DNA of 64,000 nt from NCBI GenBank assembly GCA_045596925.1, contig JAZODH010000041.1, forward strand, positions 1,594-65,593, in the 5' to 3' direction. A program made the translations under genes and the position numbers. Below the pieces are notes generated by a model. The model made no database searches and was not told where the DNA came from. It was given only the letters and a program-made list of their open reading frames with translations. This document shows, piece by piece, positions 63,728 to 64,000 of the stretch (its first letter is position 1; each line of letters starts with the position of its first letter). Source of the DNA: Eubacteriales bacterium. GTDB lineage: Bacteria; Bacillota; Clostridia; Oscillospirales; CAG-272.

Positions 63728-64000
63728 CATAGAGGCGGACCGCCGCCTTTCCGTAGGGGAGGCTATCAGCCTCCCGATTCTTTTTTACGCCAAATTCGGG
63801 AGGATAATATCCTCCCCTACGAGAACAATGACAACCCCACCCCGCGATGATGTAAGTAAGGCCCCTTTGTGTAAAGGGGGCTCCGCCGGAGGCGGTGGGG
63901 GATTGTTTCGGTGCAAATCTATCTTTACAATCCCTCCGTCATTTTCCTCCAGAAAATGCCACCTCCCTTTACACAAGGGAGGCTAACGCCCGTGGTGATG
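63728..64000. repeat. second cluster of GTAGGG-hairpin (REP-like) elements, truncated by the window end
   Basis: CATAG-AGGCGG-ACCG-CCGCCT (63728-48). CGTAG-GGGAGGCT-ATC-AGCCTCCC (63752-75). GGGAGGATAATATCCTCCC-CTACG (63798-63821). CCCCTTT-GTGT-AAAGGGG (63862-79). CCGCC-GGA-GGCGG (63883-95). CCTCCCTT-TACAC-AAGGGAGG (63962-82). Confidence 0.7.

Noticed and set aside
63681-63986. 101-aa (+) and 63-aa (-) ORFs rich in Gly/Pro/Lys (…CKGGSAGGGGGL…), and the similar 38764-38952 ORF (…GRPMVAPTG…)
   Set aside because: They are built entirely from the GTAGGG-hairpin repeats and a tRNA gene. There is no SD, and the composition is dictated by GC-rich palindromes.

Overview
This window reads as ordinary chromosome from a Firmicutes/Clostridia-like genome. 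That placement is a guess from gene content (T-box leader, dockerin, yajC locus, Ruminococcaceae/Oscillospiraceae flavour); no search was possible. I support about 60 protein genes, 7 tRNAs and 2 riboswitch-class leaders.

Gene blocks in order:
- tgt (partial), mutL, mutS, ylbF-like, miaB, a Nudix hydrolase
- dgt, dnaG, then two tandem RpoD-type sigma factors
- a tightly packed 8-gene aromatic amino-acid operon: pheA, aroB, aroC, aroE/K fusion, aroQ, aroA, tyrA, DAHP synthase
- rpmB, tRNA-Val/Asp/Gly, and a convergent tRNA-Arg
- a small dockerin protein, comEC, an Lhr-like helicase, an acyltransferase, an ECF sigma/anti-sigma pair
- tRNA-His/Arg/Gly and yajC
- a 12-kb seven-gene operon: a giant binding protein, two ABC permease pairs, an NHL/TPR/Yip1 membrane protein and a 937-aa secreted protein
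- glcK, marR-degV-yloV, T-box-controlled pheST, and glycine-riboswitch-controlled agcS

I saw no transposase, integrase, prophage, CRISPR or recognisable defence genes.

Items most worth a second look:
1. A 24-codon Tyr/Phe/Trp-rich leader ORF with alternative hairpins and a terminator ahead of the aro operon. It looks like a ribosome-mediated attenuator.
2. The 12-kb ABC/NHL-Yip1 operon of unknown function.
3. Decayed tRNA-Gly 3'-end copies arranged as a 115-nt tandem repeat with compensatory hairpins.
4. The duplicated primary-type sigma factor.
5. A stand-alone fragment resembling the N-terminus of a radical-SAM peptide maturase, next to yajC.
6. A GTAGGG-hairpin repeat family.

CDS ends follow the ORF track, with some starts moved to better start sites. 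Non-CDS coordinates were hand-counted and may be off by 1-2 nt.
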